NCBI GenBank assembly: GCA_051313645.2
Contig: JBNRSN020000010.1
Coordinates: 2,356,001 to 2,420,000 of the forward strand
Reading direction: 5' to 3'
Origin: Centroscyllium fabricii
Taxonomy: Eukaryota
DNA: 64,000 nt
Shown here: piece by piece, positions 28,338 to 44,260 of the stretch
How the letters are laid out: every line of letters begins with the position of its first letter
How positions within the stretch are numbered: position 1 is the stretch's first letter
Made by a program: the position numbers and the translations under genes
Notes under the pieces: generated by a model
Database searches by the model: none
Told to the model about the DNA's origin: nothing
Seen by the model: only the letters and a program-made list of their open reading frames with translations

Positions 28338-31300
28338 TTCCATTAAACCAATTGTCCATCCATCGCCTTATTCATTCCATCACCTTTCCATTCATGCAAA
28401 CATCCATCCATCAAACTTTCAGAGCATTCATTCACCCCTTTACTCAATCAACCATCTCTCGAGCGAAACATCCTATTGACATAGTATCCATCCATTCAAT
28501 CACCCATTCATCCAGATGTTCTCTCAATTACTTCATGTTTACATTCATTCAACCACCGATCCATCCAATATTCTCTCCATTGATTCACATCTCCATTCAT
28601 TCCACTGCAGATCTATCTAACACTCCCTCCCTTTCATTAATTCTACCAGCCTTTCAAACAATTCACCATCCATCACTCCCTCCATTAATTTACCTCCCCA
28701 TCCATTCAATCACCACTCCATCTATTCAACCAACTCTGTGTCCAAAATTCTCATCAATCCATTCACTGCACCTACATTCCATCCAACCCCACCTCCATTC
28801 ACTCTACCCTCCATAAATACAACCGCCTCTACGTCAAACATTGTCTCCAAGCATCATTCAATCCATCCACTATCCTTCTAATCATCCAATTATCTCTGCA
28901 ATCGTTCATTGATCCATCCATTTATGCATTCACTCAATCTCACTTCTATCTAGCAACTCTTCTATCCGATAAGCAATCAGTCACCTATCCATCACCTCAA
29001 CCAATCATCTATCTGGTCAACAACTTCGCAACCAGCTCTCCTTTCAAATATCGATCTATAAACTCAAAAATCTGCCCATTCCGTACTCACTTCAAACATC
29101 AATCTATCCATCTATCCGTCAGATCCTCCAAACATCCAACCATACATCAATCTGACAGTCTTCTAACCCACACTTCCATCCAAACAAAACACAATCAATC
29201 CATTCGAACAATTATCCATTCATCTCTTCCTCCATTCATTCAATCCACCCATCCATCTGTACTTCCCTCCATTCATTCACCCTTCAGCAAATCAACTAGC
29301 TGTTATTTCCACAATTGGGACCAATCATCCATCCATTCAGCTACCTGTCCATCTAATTCTCCCTCCATTCATGCATCTTACCCTCAATAAAAAGCCACAC
29401 ATGCAACTTTCACTCCATTCAGCCATCCCTCCATCAGATAACGGCCTTTTCATACAAAGGTACCTCTGATCAACCATTTGTCCACCCTGTATTCATTCAT
29501 CCCTCGATCCATTCAATTAGTTCTCCATCGACTCCCTCCCTATATCCCTCTTTCCATTAAACTACGGGAGCTTCCCCATTCCCTCTGATCTATCACCCAT
29601 CCACTCAAAGAACTCTCTGACCATCACACTCCATTCATTCATTTCTCAATCCGCAGCTCTCCATCCAGTATAACCTACACTCTTTCATCTTCCATAAATA
29701 CAGCCACATCTGCATCCAAACTGATCCCTTAATCATCAATAAATTGATCCGCTCTACTTCCAATATTCAATAGGCTGTACAAAACTTCATTCATTCATCC
29801 ATCCAATCACCAACCCATCAACACGAACTCCATCCAACACTATAACCTTGCAGTCAACCACAAGTCGAACAAACATTATCTCCATTCCTTCAACTTTGCA
29901 TTCATTCAATCACATATCCATCCGATTGTCACTCCCTTCATTCACCTCATTATCGAGTCCATGATCTGATCTTTCATATTTTCCCCTGTCCAACTATCTA
30001 TCCACCCAAACACCATCGAATCCACACACACTCTATTCAACAACCCAGTCACCAATCACTCTCCAAATTCATTCACCTCCACATTCATTCAAGCAGCCTT
30101 CTTTCCAACACTCCCTCCAATCATTCTTTCTTCAATCCACAATACTCTCTCCAGTCATTTACCTCTTAATTCGCTTAAAACATTCTCCACCCACCATTAC
30201 ATCCATTCATTATTTTCTCTGTATATTCAACCATATCTCTATCGAACAGTCGCTCCCAACATAAATCAATCCATCTGTTGAACCATCTATTCATCCAACA
30301 TTGAGTCCAATCATCAATCAATGCATCCACTGTACTTTAAAACATTCAATACTTCAGAAAATGATTCATCAATTAATCCATCCAATCACCTGTACATCCA
30401 ACACGCTCTACATCCAAAATCACATCCTTCCATTCAACCAATTGTACCTCCAGTCCGTTATTCATTCCTTCCCCTTTCCATTCATGCAAACATCCATCCA
30501 TCAACCTTTCAGTGCTTTCATTTACCCCTGTACTCAATCAACTACCTCTCGAGCGCAATATTCTTCTGGCATAACATACTTCCACTCAATCACACATTCA
30601 TCCAAAAGTTCTCTCAATGACTTCATCTATCCATTCCTTCAACCACCTATCCTTGCAATACTCTCTCCATTGATTCCCATCTCCATTCATTCCACTGCAG
30701 ATCTATCTAACACTCCCTCCCATTCATTAATTCTACCAGCCTTTCAACCAAGTCTCCATCCATCTCACCCTCCATTAATTTACCTCCCCATCCATTCAAT
30801 CTGCCCTCCATCATTCAAACAATTCTGTGTCCAAACGTCTCATCCATCCATTGATTGAACCGATATTCCATCCATCATTACCTCCATTCCCTCTTCACTC
30901 CATAAATACAAACGCCTCTATGTCGAAAATTGTCTCCAAACATCATTCAATTATTTCACTATCCATCTAATCATCCAATTCGCCCTACAATCGTTCATTA
31001 ATCCATCCATTTATGCATTCATTCAATTTCACTTCCATCTAACAACTCTTCGAATCAATAATCAATCAGTCATCTATACATCACTTCAACCAATCATCTA
31101 TCTGGTCAACAACTTCGCAACCAGCTCTCCTTCCAAATATCGATATATGAACTCAAAAATCTGCCCATTCCGTACTCACTTCAAACATCCATCCATCGAA
31201 ACACCTATCCATCTATCCGTCTGTTCCTCCAAACATCCAACCATCCATCAATCCAAAAGTATTCTAGCCTATCCTTCCCACCAAACAAACCACCGTCCAT

Positions 31301-34300
31301 CCATTCCAACAATTATCCATTCATCTCTTCCTGCATTCATTCAATCCACCCATCCATCTGTACTTCCCTCCATTCGTTCACCCCCTTCAATAATTCAACT
31401 AGCTGTTATTCCCACAATTGGGACCAATCATCCGTCCATTCAGCTACCTGTCCATCCAACTCTCCCTCCATTCATGCAACCTCCCCTCATTAAAACATCC
31501 ACTCAAGCAACGTTCACTAGATTCAGCCATCACTCTATCAGATAACTGGCTTTTCATATAAAAGTCCCTCTGATCAACCATTCGTCCACCCCGTATTCAT
31601 TCCTCCCTCGATCAATTATTCCAGTTCTCCATCGACTCCCTTCATACATCCCTCTTTCCATTCATCTGCCGGAACGTCCCCATTCCCTCTGATCAATCAC
31701 CCATCCACTCCAATAACTCTGACCATCACACTCTATTCATTCTTCTCTTAATCCGCAGCTCTCCATCCAGCACACCCTGTACCCTTTCATCCATCCATAA
31801 ACACAACCACGTCTGCATCCAACATTAGCTCGAATCAACAATCTATCTATCCACTTTACTTCCAATCATTCAATATGCTGTACAATCATTCATTATCCAT
31901 GCAATCTCCGACCCACCAACACGCTCTCCATCCAACACTATACCCTTGCATTCAACCAATTCTCGAACACTCTCCCCATTCCTTCACCTTTTCATTAATT
32001 CAATCACACATCCATCCAATATTTGCTCCATTCATTCACCTCTTTCTCAAGTCCACTACCAAACCTTTCGAATTTTCCCCGTCCAACTACCCATCCACCC
32101 AAACACCATCGATCACACACACTCTCCATTCAACACCCCATCCATCAAACACTCTCCAAATTCATTCACCTCCACATTCATTCAACCAGTATTCTTTCCA
32201 AAACTCCCTCCAATCATTCTTTCTTCAATCACCAACACTCTCTCCATTATTCCACCTCCACATTCAGCCAAGCAGCCTTCTTTCCAACATTCCCTCCAAT
32301 CATTCATTCTTGAATCCCTCATACTCTCTCCAGTCATGTACCTCTTCTTTCACTGACAAAATACCCCATCCAACATTACATCCATTCATTCTTTTCCCTA
32401 TAAATTCAACCATATCTCTAATGAACAATCCCTCCCAACATCAATCAATCCATCTATGCAACCATAATTTCATCCAACATAGAGTCCAAGCATCAATCAA
32501 TCCATCCATTTTACTTTCACTCATTCAATACTTCCAACTGTCATTCATCCATTCATCCATCCAATCACCTGTACATCCAACACGCTCTGCATCCAACAGC
32601 ACATCCAGCCAGTTCTCCATCCAGCGCCTTATCGATTCCTTCACCTTTCCATCATGCAAACATCCATCCATCAAACTATCAGCACATTCACTTCCCCCTT
32701 TGCTCATTTAACTACTTCTCCATCGTGAAATCCTTCTGATATATCTGTCCACTTAATCACTCATTCATCCAAATGTTATCTCAATTACTTCATCTTTCTA
32801 ATCATTCAACCACCTATCCATCCAATACTCTCTCTATTCATTCACATCTCCACTCATTCCACTGTGGATCTATCTAACACTCCCTCCCCTTCATTAATTC
32901 TACCTGCATTTCAACCACGTCTCCATCCATCACTCCCTCTAATAATTTACCTCCCCATCCATTCAATCACCCCCTACACCAGTTCAACCTATTCTATATC
33001 CAAAACTCTCATCCATCCATTCACTGAACCGATATTCCATACAACATTATCATTCATTCTACCCTCCATAAATACAAACACCTCTACGTTGAACATTCTC
33101 TCCAAATATCATTCAATCCATCCACTATTCTTCTAGTCATATAATTTTCTCTACAATCGTTCATTGATCTATCCAGTTAGACATTCATTCAATCTCACTT
33201 CCATCTAACAACTCTTCTATCCAATTATAGATCAGTCATCTATCCATCACTTCAACCAATCATCTATCCGGTCAACAACTTCCCAACCAGCTCTCCTTCC
33301 AAATATCGATCTATGAACTCAAAATCCTGCCCATTCCGTACTCCCGTCAATCATCCATCGATCCATTGAAACACCTATCCATCTATCCGTCTGTTCCTCC
33401 AAAATTCCGATCATGCATCAATCCGACATTCTTCTAGCCCACCCTTCCCTCCAAACAAAACACATTCCATCCTTTCGAACAATTATCCATTCATCTCTTC
33501 CTCCATTCATTCAAACCACCATCGATCTAAAGTTCCCTCCAGTCATTCACCCTTCAGTAATTCTACTCGCTGGTATTCCAACAATTGAGACCAATCATCC
33601 ATCCTTCAACGACCTATCCATCCAAATATCCGCCATTCATTCATTTTCTCCTCCTTATAAAAGCCATTCATGCAACTTTCACTCCATTCAGTCATTCCTC
33701 TATCAGCTAAACTACCTTTTCATACAACAGTTCCTTTGATTTACCATTCGTCCACTCAGCCCGCCATGTATTCATTCATCCCTCGATCCATTCAACCAGT
33801 TCTCCAACCTCTCCCTTTATTCATCCCTTCATCATTCAACTACTTGAGCTTCCCCATTCCTGCTGATAAATTACCCATCCACTCAAACAACTCTCTAGCC
33901 AACAGTCTCTAGTCATTATTCTCTCAATCCACCACTCATCCATCCAGCACACCCTCTACTCTGTCATCCATCCATAAATACAACCACTTCCTAATCCAAC
34001 ATTCCCTCCACTCATCAATCAATCCATCCCCTGTGCTTTCAAGCATCCAATACTCTCTGTAATCATTCATTCTAACATCCATGCAATCACATAACCATCC
34101 AACACGCTCTCTATCCAACTCTACATCCTTTCATTCAACAAATTGCCGATCCAACGCTCTCTACATAGCTTCCACTTTGCATTCATTCAATCATTCATCC
34201 ATCCGACGGTCCCTCCATTTATTCAACTCTTTATCAATTCCACTACTTGTCCGTCCAAATATATCCCTTTCCAACTATCCACCCACCAAAACATCATCCA

Positions 34301-37300
34301 TCCATCCACTACACTCTCCATTCAGCACCCTATACGTCAAACATTCTGTCCATTCATTCACTTTTCCAACCAAGCAACCATGCATTATTCCAAACTTTTC
34401 TCCATCCAGTCACCTCCACATTCATTCAACTATTCTTCTTTCCAACACTCACGCCATTCATTCATTCTTCAAACTCCATCAAACTTTTCTATCATTTGCC
34501 TCTGCGTTCATTGTAATAATTCTCCATCAAACGTTACATCCATTCATTCTACTTCTATAAATTCAAGCAACTCACTATTGAACATTCCCTCCAAAGATCA
34601 ATCAATCCATTTATTGAAGCATCCATTCATCCAACATTGACTCCAATCATCAATCAATCAATACACTGTACTTTCAATCATTCAATACTTCCGACAATCA
34701 TCCATCCATCCATCCATTCATCCAATCACTTTCATATCCAACACGCTCTCCATCCAACACCACATCCTTCATTCAACCAATTATCCATCCAGTGCCCAAT
34801 TCATTCCTTCAACTTTCCACTCATGCAATCAGCCCCGCATCAATATTTCTGACCATTAATTCATCCCTTTACTTACTCAACTGCCATCGAAAAATCCTTG
34901 TGACATAGTATAGATTCGCTCATTCACACATTCATCCGAATATTTTCCAAATATGTCACCTTTCCATTCATTCAACCACCTATGCATCCAACACTCTCTA
35001 CATTCATTCAAATCTCCATTCAGTCCACTGCAGGTCTATCCAACACATCCTCCCTTTCATTAAATCTACCAGCCTTGAACCCAATTTCTATCCATCACTC
35101 ACTCCATTAATTTCAGCCGCATCCATCCATTCACCCCCCATCCATTCAACACATTCTGAGTCCAAAACTCTCATCCATCCATTCACTGAGCCGATATTCC
35201 ACCCAGCATTACCTCCATTCATTCCTCCCTCCCTAAATACATTCGCTTCTATATCAAACACTGTCTGCAAACAACAATCAATCCATCCACTATACTTCCA
35301 ATCATTCAACTTTCTCTACAATCTTTCATTGATTCATCCATTTATGCATTCATTCAAACTCTCATCCATCTAACAACTCTATTATTCAATAATCCATCAT
35401 TCATCTATCCATCACCTGAACCAATCATCTGTCCGTTCAACAGCTCCACACCCAGCATCCCCTCTAGACATCGATCTATAAACTCAAACACCTGTCCATC
35501 CTGTACTCTCTTCAATCATCCATCCTTTCATTGAAAGAACTATTATCTATCAATCAATTCCTCCAAACATCCAACCATCCATTAATCCAACAGTCTCCTA
35601 TGCCACTCACCCTCCAAACAAAACACAATCCATCCAATTAACTCGTTGTCCATTCATCTTAAGTTCACTCCATTCATTCACCCCTTTATCAATTCAATTA
35701 GCATTCCATCCCACAATTTGGAAATAACATCCATCCTTTCCATCCCCTGTCCATCCAACTATCCCTCATGTAATTCATCTTCCCCTAATTGAAAAAACAA
35801 CTCTTGCAACTTTCACTCCATTCAGTCATTCCTTTATCAGCTAAACTGGCTGTTCATACCACAGTCGCTTTGATCAACCATGATCAACAAGACCTTCGAT
35901 CCATTTAAGCAGTTCTCCATCCACTCTCTTCATTTATCCCATCCATCACCTTCCTGAGCTTTCACATTCCCTCTGATTAATCTCCCATCCACTCAATCAA
36001 CTCTCGAGCCAACACGTTCTATTCATTCTTCTGAATCCACAGATGATACATCCAGCACAACCGGTATTCTTTCAGCCACCCATAAATACAACCACTTCTG
36101 AATCTAACATTCCCTCCACTCATCAATCAATCCATCCACTGTACATCCAATCAGTCAATACTCTCTATAATCATTCATTCTTCCATCCATCCAATCACCT
36201 GCACATCCAGTACGCACTCCATCCAACACAACATCCTTTCATTCACCCCATCCTTCGTCCAACACTCTCTCCATCCTTCAGCTTTGCATTCATTCTATCA
36301 CCCTTCCAACCGACTGTACCTCCATTAATTCACTTTTTTATCACGTCAACTACCTGCCCGTCCAAGGTTACCTCTGTCCAAGTATCAATCCAAACAAGCC
36401 CCATCCATCCTACACACTCTCCATTAAACAGCCCATTCAATCAAAAACGCTCTCATTCAATCACTTCTCCATCCATGCAACCAAGCTCCAATTAAAACCC
36501 TTTCCATTCATTCACCTCCACATTCATTCACGCACCCTTCTTTCCAACACCTCCTCCAATAATGCATTCTTCATACTCCAGCATACGCTCCATTGATTCA
36601 CCTGTCCATTCACTGCAAATGTTCTCCATCCAGCATTACACCCATTCATTCCTCCCTCAATAAATGTAAACATCTCTCGATCGAACATTCCCTCCAAACA
36701 TCAATAAATCCATCTATTGAACCATCCATTCATCTAACATTGAATCCAATCGGCTATCAATCCATCCATGTACTTTTAATAATTCAATACTTCCTACAAC
36801 CATTCATCCATCCAATCACCTGCACAACCGACACGCTCTCCATCAAACACTGCATCCTTCTGTTCAACCAATTCTCGATCCAACATCCTCTCCATTCCGT
36901 CACCATTGCATTCATTCAATCACCCATTCATCCGACTGTCTCTCCATTAATTACCCTCGTTATCATGTCCACTGCATGCCCTTCCAAATTTACCCCTGTC
37001 CAAATATCCATCCACCCAAAAACCATCCATCCTACACACTCTCGGTTCAACACCCCATCCATCAAACAATCTCTCCATACATTCACTTCTCCATCCACGT
37101 AACCATGCATCTATCCAACAAGCTCTCCATTCATTCAAACATTCTTCTTTCCAACATTCCCTCCATTCATCCAGTCTTCAATCCCCAGCACTCTCTGCAT
37201 TCACTTATCTCTTCATTCTCTGAAACAATTATCCATCCAGCAGTACATTCATTCATAAATTAAGCTATCTCCCTATGAAACATTCCCTCTAAACATCAAT

Positions 37301-40300
37301 CGATCCATCAGTTGAACAATCCATTCTTCCAACATTGACTCCAATCATCAATCAATCCATCCACTTTACTTTCAATCATTCAGTACTTCCTACATTCATT
37401 CATCCATTCATCTAACCAATTATCTGCATATCCAACACGCTCTCCATCCATCAGCACATTTTACCACTCAACCAGTTCTCCTTCCAACGCCCTCTTCATT
37501 CCTTCAACTTTCCATCCAGGCAATCATTCATCCATCAAACGTTCCGATCATTCATGTACCCCTTTGCCAATTCAACTACTTCTCCATTCAAAACTTATTC
37601 TGGCCAACTACCCATCTTCACAATAATCCATTCATCCCAAATTCTCTCAATTACTTAATCTTTCCATCCATTCATCCTCCTATCGGTCCAACACTCTCTC
37701 TATTCATTCTCATTCCCATTAATTCCACTGTTCATCTATCCAACACTGTCTCCCTTTATTAATTCTACCAGCCTTTCCACCAAATCACCATCCATCACTC
37801 CCTACATTAAATTACCTCTTCAGCCATTCATCCCTCCATCCATTCAACCCATGTTGTGTCAAACATGCTCATCCATTCATCTACCTATCCATTCACTAAA
37901 CCGACATTCAATCAAACATTAAATCGATTAATTCTGCCGCCATAAATTGAACCACTTCTCCACCCAATCATCAATCAATTTTCCACACAACCATTCATTT
38001 TTCCAACATTACCTCGAAACGTCAATCAATCCATCCAGTGTCTTTCAGACATCCAATACTCCCTATTAACATTCATTCATCCATTCATGTATTCATTCAA
38101 ACTCTCGGTCTTCCAACAACTCTTCTACTCAAAATTCCATCATCCATCTATCCATCACCTCCACCACTGATCGATCCATTCATCAACTCCCCATCCAGCC
38201 CTCCTTCCAAACATCGATCTAACAACTGAAACATCTGCCAACTCCCTACAATCATCTATTTAGCCTTTCAAACATTAGCCATCCATCTACCTATAAGTTC
38301 TTCCAACCATCTATCAATCCAACAGACCTCTATCATAACCATCCTCCCGACAATCCACAATCCATCCCTTCGAACAATTATCCAATCAACTCACCCTCCA
38401 TTCATTCAGATCAACATTCTTCAAAACAGGCATCCATCCAAATTTCCATCCATTCATTCATCCCTTTATCAATTCAACGGCATGTCCTTTCCGATATTCG
38501 GAGCAATCATCCATCCATTCAAGTATCTATCCATCAAACGCAAACTCATTTCTTTCACCTTTCACTCATTCAGTTACCCAGTCATGCACTTTCAATTCAT
38601 TCACCTCTTCCTCCATTCATTCAAACCGATCATCCAGCTAAAGTTCCCTCCATTCATTCTTCCATTTATCAATTCAACTACCTGTCCATCCTACAATTTG
38701 GACCAATCATCCATCCATTCAGCGACATATCTATTCAACTTTTCCTCCATTCATTCATCTTCCACTGATTGAAAAACCCACTCGTGCAATATTCACTCCA
38801 TTCAGTCATCCCTTCATCAAATAAACTGGCCATTCATAACACAGTCATTTGATCAACCATTCCTCCACACAACAAGCCCTGTATTCATGCATCTCTCGAT
38901 CCATTTAACCAGTTCTCCATCCGCTCTCTTCTTTCATCCCATTCATCAACTCCCTGAGCTTCAACATTCTCGCTGATCAATCGCCCATCCACTCAAACAG
39001 CTCTCCGGCCAGCATGCTCTGTTAATTTTTCTCTCAATCCAGGGCCCATCCATCCAACACACCCTGCATTATTTCATCGATTCCTACATCTACATCTGCA
39101 TACAACATTGCCTCCAATGACCAATCTATCCACTGTACTACAAATCATCCAATACTCGCTATAATTATTCATTCATACATCCATCCAATCACCTACCCAA
39201 GCAACGTGATCTCCATCCAACACTACACCATTGCATTCAACCAAATTATGATCCCACACTCTCTGCATTCCTTCACCTTTGCATTCATTCAATCACCCAT
39301 CCATCTGACTGTCTCTCCATTCATTCCCCGCTGTATAAATTCCACTATCTGCTTTTCCAAATGTACCCCTGTCTAACTATCTATCCACCCAAACAGCATC
39401 CATCCAATATTTTCTCCATTCAACACCCCATCCATCAAACACTCTCTCCATTCATTCACTTCTCTATCCACACAACCATGCATCAATCTAACCCTCGCTC
39501 CATTCATTCACCTCCACATTCATTCAACCACTCTTCTTTCCAACACTCCCTCCAGTTATTTATTCCCCAATCTCCAACACTCTCACCATTCATTCACCTC
39601 TCCATTCATTCACCCATTCTTCTGCCCAATACTCCCTTCAATCATTCATTATTCCATCCATTTATGCTTTCATTCAAAATCTCGTCCAGCCAACAACTCT
39701 TCTATTTTATATTCCATCATTCATCTGTCCATCAAATTCACCAATCATCTACCCATTCAACAAATCATCCAGCACTCCTTCCAAGCACCGACCTATATAC
39801 CCAATCATCTGCCCATCCAGTACTCCATATGATAATCCATTCATTCATTGAAACATTCATCCATCCATCTTTCAGATCTTCCAAACTTCCATCAGTCCAA
39901 TAGGCTTCTGTCCCACCCGCCCGCCAAACAATCTGCAATCAACCATTCAAACAATTATCCAATGAACTCACCCTCCAGACATTCACATCGACAGTATTCT
40001 TGCCACCCATCCATCTAAAGTTCCCTCCATTCATTCACACTTAACAATTCAACTACCTGTCCATCCCAATATTCGGACCAATCATCCCTCCATTCAAGTA
40101 CATCTCTCTATCATTTCATTCAGCTTCCACTGATTCAACCACCCTCTCTTACAACTTTCACTTCACTCAGTTATCCCTTTATCAGCTAATCTGCCTGTTC
40201 AATCGCCAACACCCTCTCCATTCATTTACCACTCAATCCACTCAGGCAATTCTCCATCCAACACTCTCTCCAATCATTTATCACTACATTCACTGAAACA

Positions 40301-42574
40301 ATTCTCCATCCACCATTACCTCCATTCATTCTTCCCTCTACAAATTCAGCCATCACTCCATCGAACATTCCTTCAAAACATGAATCAATTCATCTATTGA
40401 AACTGCCATTGTCTCCAATCAACAATCAATCGAGCCACTGATTTCCAACCATACAATATTCACTGTAGTCATTCATCTGTCCATCTTCTATTCAATAATC
40501 CATAATACATCTCTCTATCTCCTCCATCAATCATCTATCCATCCATTTATCACCCATATCCATCCAGCATTCCATCCAAACATCCAATAACTCAACCAAG
40601 TACACACCCAGCAAACACTTCAACCATTCATTCATCCATTGAACGACCCATCCATCCATCACGATCTCCAACCATCCAGCCATCCAACCATCCAACCATT
40701 CTTCTTTCCAACCCTCCTCCCAAACATACCACAAATATCCATTCAATCAATTATCCATTCAACTCTCCCTCCTTTCATTCTCATTGCCATGCTTTTGACA
40801 CAACACACCCTCTATTCATTCATCACTTGATCCATTCATCCAATTGTCCATCCACTCCCTTCATTCATTGATTCCTATATTCATTTACTATCTGCGCTTC
40901 CAAAAATCCCACGAATCAATCACCCATCCACTCACACAGCTCCTTATAGACCATTCTGTGTATTCCTTTTCCTCTCAATCCACAACCCATCCTGCCAGCA
41001 CACACTCTTTTCTTCAGCAGTTCTTAAATTCAACCATCATTCCATCCAACATTCCCTCCAATCTTCACCCAATTCATCTAATAAACGTCCATTTATTCAA
41101 CGTTCCCTTCAATAATCAATCGACCAATCTACCATACTTCCAATCATCCAATACTTGCTGCAGTCATTCATTTATCCATCCATTCAATCAACTGCCCATC
41201 TGACACTACCTTGTTCCATTTAACCAATTCTCCGCAAAACAGATACCATTAATTCACCTTTCCATTCATGAAATAACACAACCATCCACTTTGCCCTCCA
41301 TTCATTCACCACTTTATCAATGTAATTACGTGCCCAACAAAAAATCCCTTTTACCAAATATCCATCCACCTAAACACCCAACCATCCATCAGTTCCTCCA
41401 TCCATTCATCTCTCCATTCACTCAACCACCCATGCACCCAAAACTCTCTCCATCCATTTAGCTCTCCACTCAACCACCCAGCTATCCAACACTGGCTCCA
41501 TTCATTCACCTCTCCACCCACTCAACCATCCATCTATCCAACAGTCTCTCCACAAATTCACCTCTCCATCCACTCATCCATCCAAAACTGGCTCCACCCA
41601 TTCACCTTTCCACCCAATCAACCAACCAGCTATCCAATACTGGTTCCATTTATTCAACCAGATATCCATCCAAGTTCACCTCCATGCTTTCATCTCTTTA
41701 TCACGTCAACTATCTGTCCATCCACTAAACACTCTGACCAATAATCCATCCATTCAACTCACCCTCCAACCAATTCTTCATCCATCACTCACTCCATTAA
41801 TTCAGTTCCCCATCCATTCAAGCACTTATCTATCCAACTATTCCCCATTCATTCATTATTCCAAACATTCAACCCATTCTCCATCAAACATACCCTATAT
41901 TCATTCACCTTGCCATTCGCTCAACCAAGTCTCCAACCAACACTCTTTCCATTCATTCACCTATCCATTCCTGCAACCAATTTTCCCTCCATTGGCTCAT
42001 GTCTCCTCCTATCCATCCAACCTTCCCTCCACTCATTCATCTCTTTATCAATTCAAGTGCATGTCCATTCCACAATCTCGCTGAACAATCATCCATCCAT
42101 TGCTCCCACCATTTAGTCACCCCAAGATCCACCAAATCACACAAACATCTGTCCTTCCTTCAATCTTCACCCTTCATTCATCTACACAACCACACACCAA
42201 CCACCTATTTTGATTCCCATTGTTGAAACTGTCACGTGGAAATTTGTGCTGGGTAGCACTGGAGTGATGACGGGGCTTGTCTTAAAATATTCAAGTGCAA
42301 GTTTCTCTATCCTATTTTTCAAGTTTGTTAGATTGTAATTGCCAGTTTAAAAACAAGCCTAAATCTCCAGTGTAAAAATGTAAGCGGGGACCCTGACACT
42401 ATTGAAGCACTGAGAGACAGACTACATGCAATTGCACTTTCTAACATACAGAATAACTCTGATACTATGGACCCTATCATTTTCAATAACATGTTTCCAG
42501 TTATGATAGGAGAGTTTCAAAGTGCTGGAAGGTGTTGAAGTATTGAATAGAATTTACAGCACAAAAACTGTTTT

Positions 42575-43670
42575 TTTTATTCATTGATGGGATGTGGGCA
42601 TCGCTGGCTGGCTAGGCCTGCATTTAGTGCCCATCCCTAATTGCCCTTGAGAAGATGGTGGTGAGCCATCTTCTTGAACCGCTGCAGTCCATATGGTGTA
42701 GGTACACTCACAATGTTGTTAGGAAGGGAGTTCCAGGATTTTGGCCCAGCGACAGTGAAGGAGCGGCGATACAGGTCCAAGTCAGGATGGTGTGTGGCTT
42801 TGAGGGGAACTTGTAGATGGTGCTGTTCCCATGCATCTGCTGCCCTTGTCCTTCTAAGTGGTAGAGGTCGCGGGTTTGGTGGGTGCTTTTGAAGGAGCTT
42901 TGGCGAGTTGCTGCAGTGCATCTTGTAGATGGTACACACTGCAGCCACAGTGCGCTGGTGGTGGAGGGAGTGAATGTTTAAGGTGGTGGATGGAGTGCCA
43001 ATCAAGCGGGCTGCTTTGTCCTGGATGGTGTCGTGCTTCTTGAGTGTTGTTGGAGCGGCACTCTTCCAGGCAAGTGGAGAGTGTTCCATCACACTCCTGA
43101 CTTGTTACTTGTAGGTGATGGCTAGGCTTTGGGGAGTCAGGAGATGAGACACTCGCCACAGAATACCCAGCCGGTGACCTGCTCTTGTTGTCACAGTATT
43201 TACGTGGCTGGTCCAGTTAAGTTTCTGGTTCATGGTGACCCCTAGGATGTTGATGGTGGGGAATTCAGCGATGGTAATGCTGTTCAATGCCAAGGGGCAG
43301 TGGTTAAACTCTGGCTTAAGAAAGTAAGAACTAGGAGCAGGAATAGGCCACTTGGCCCCATCAAGCCTGCTCTGCCATTCAATAATATCATGGCTGATCT
43401 TGGGCTTAAATCCACTTATTGGAGATAGTCATTGCCTGGCACTTCTATGGAGTGAATGTTACCTGCCACTTATCAGCTCAAGCCTGAACGTCGTCCAGGC
43501 CTTGTTGCATGTTGGCTTGGACTGCTTCTTTATCTGAGGAGTTGTGAATGGTGCTGGACACTGTACAGTCATCAGCGAACATCCCTATTTCTGACCTTAT
43601 GTTGGAGGGAAGCTCATTGATGAAGCAGCTGAAGATGGTTGGGCCTAGGTCATTGTCCTGAGGAACTCCG
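42575..43670 (-). mobile_element. Old CR1-clade LINE 3' portion (second family), interrupted at ~43317-43415 by a CR1 tail fragment
   Basis: - strand ORF pieces TINILGVT..LNWTSHVN..RLGIL, IQDKAARLIG..SLHHQRTVAA..KSWNSLP..RFKK; A-rich 3' end at ~42575. Confidence 0.8.
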
Positions 43671-43884
43671 ACCAGTATTCAGTAGGTTAACATAAGTCTC
43701 AGTACAAGGGGGTAAGTGAATTGTGGTTGATAATTTTGGGGGAGAAACACACTGTGTTAAGTGCTTTCACCTTCAATGTCACTGATTGGTTCTTGGGTCA
43801 ATCTAGACATCTTCCTTATTGCAAATATAAAATGGGCCCCAACATAATTCAACACCATAATGTGTCCAACAGGCCACACTGCAA

Positions 43885-44260
43885 CTTCGCAGCAACAACC
43901 GGACTTTATACAGAAACTTTAACACAGTAAAACCTCCCAAGGCGCTTCACAGGAGCGATTATCAAACAAAATTTGACATCGAGTCACCTAAGGAGATATA
44001 GGACAGGTGACCAAATGCTTGGTCAAAGAGGTAGATTTTAAGGAGCATCTTAAAGAATCAGAGAGAGACTTATAGAGGTGGAGAGGTTTAGGTAGGTAAT
44101 TCCTCAGCTGAGGGCCGAGGTCCGCCAATGATGGAACGATGAAAACAGGACATGCACAATGGGCCAGAATATGATGAACACAGAGATCTCAGAGGGTTGT
44201 AGGTTTGGAGGAGATTACAGAGCTATGGAAGGGGAGGCAGGACATGAAGGGATTTAAGAG
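43885..44260 (-). mobile_element. L2-type LINE 3' fragment
   Basis: Reverse complement reads CCTCTTTGACCAAGC..TGTGAAGCGCCTTGGGAGGTTTTAC..(TTG)n, the typical fish/shark L2 3' end. Confidence 0.65.

Larger units (their letters stand above)
1..42225. repeat. Complex G-poor macrosatellite (TCCA/TTCA/CATTC words) with ~2.1 kb older and ~2.5-2.7 kb younger higher-order units
   Basis: + strand nearly devoid of G. Marker GATCTATAAACTCA recurs at ~918, 3465, 12205, 14795, 17328, 19404, 24181, 29052, 31141, 33308, 35472. Markers CACAATTGGGACCAATCATCC and CCAGCACACCCTGTACTCTTTCA recur in the same order. Confidence 0.9.

Noticed and set aside
143-42226. Numerous His/Pro/Ser/Ile-rich ORFs (mucin-like?) in the satellite
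   Set aside because: G depletion suppresses TAG/TGA; frames and stops are not conserved between repeat units; no domain recognisable.
42230-42570. Unique AT-rich segment at the satellite boundary
   Set aside because: No ORF, terminal repeat or motif that I can support.
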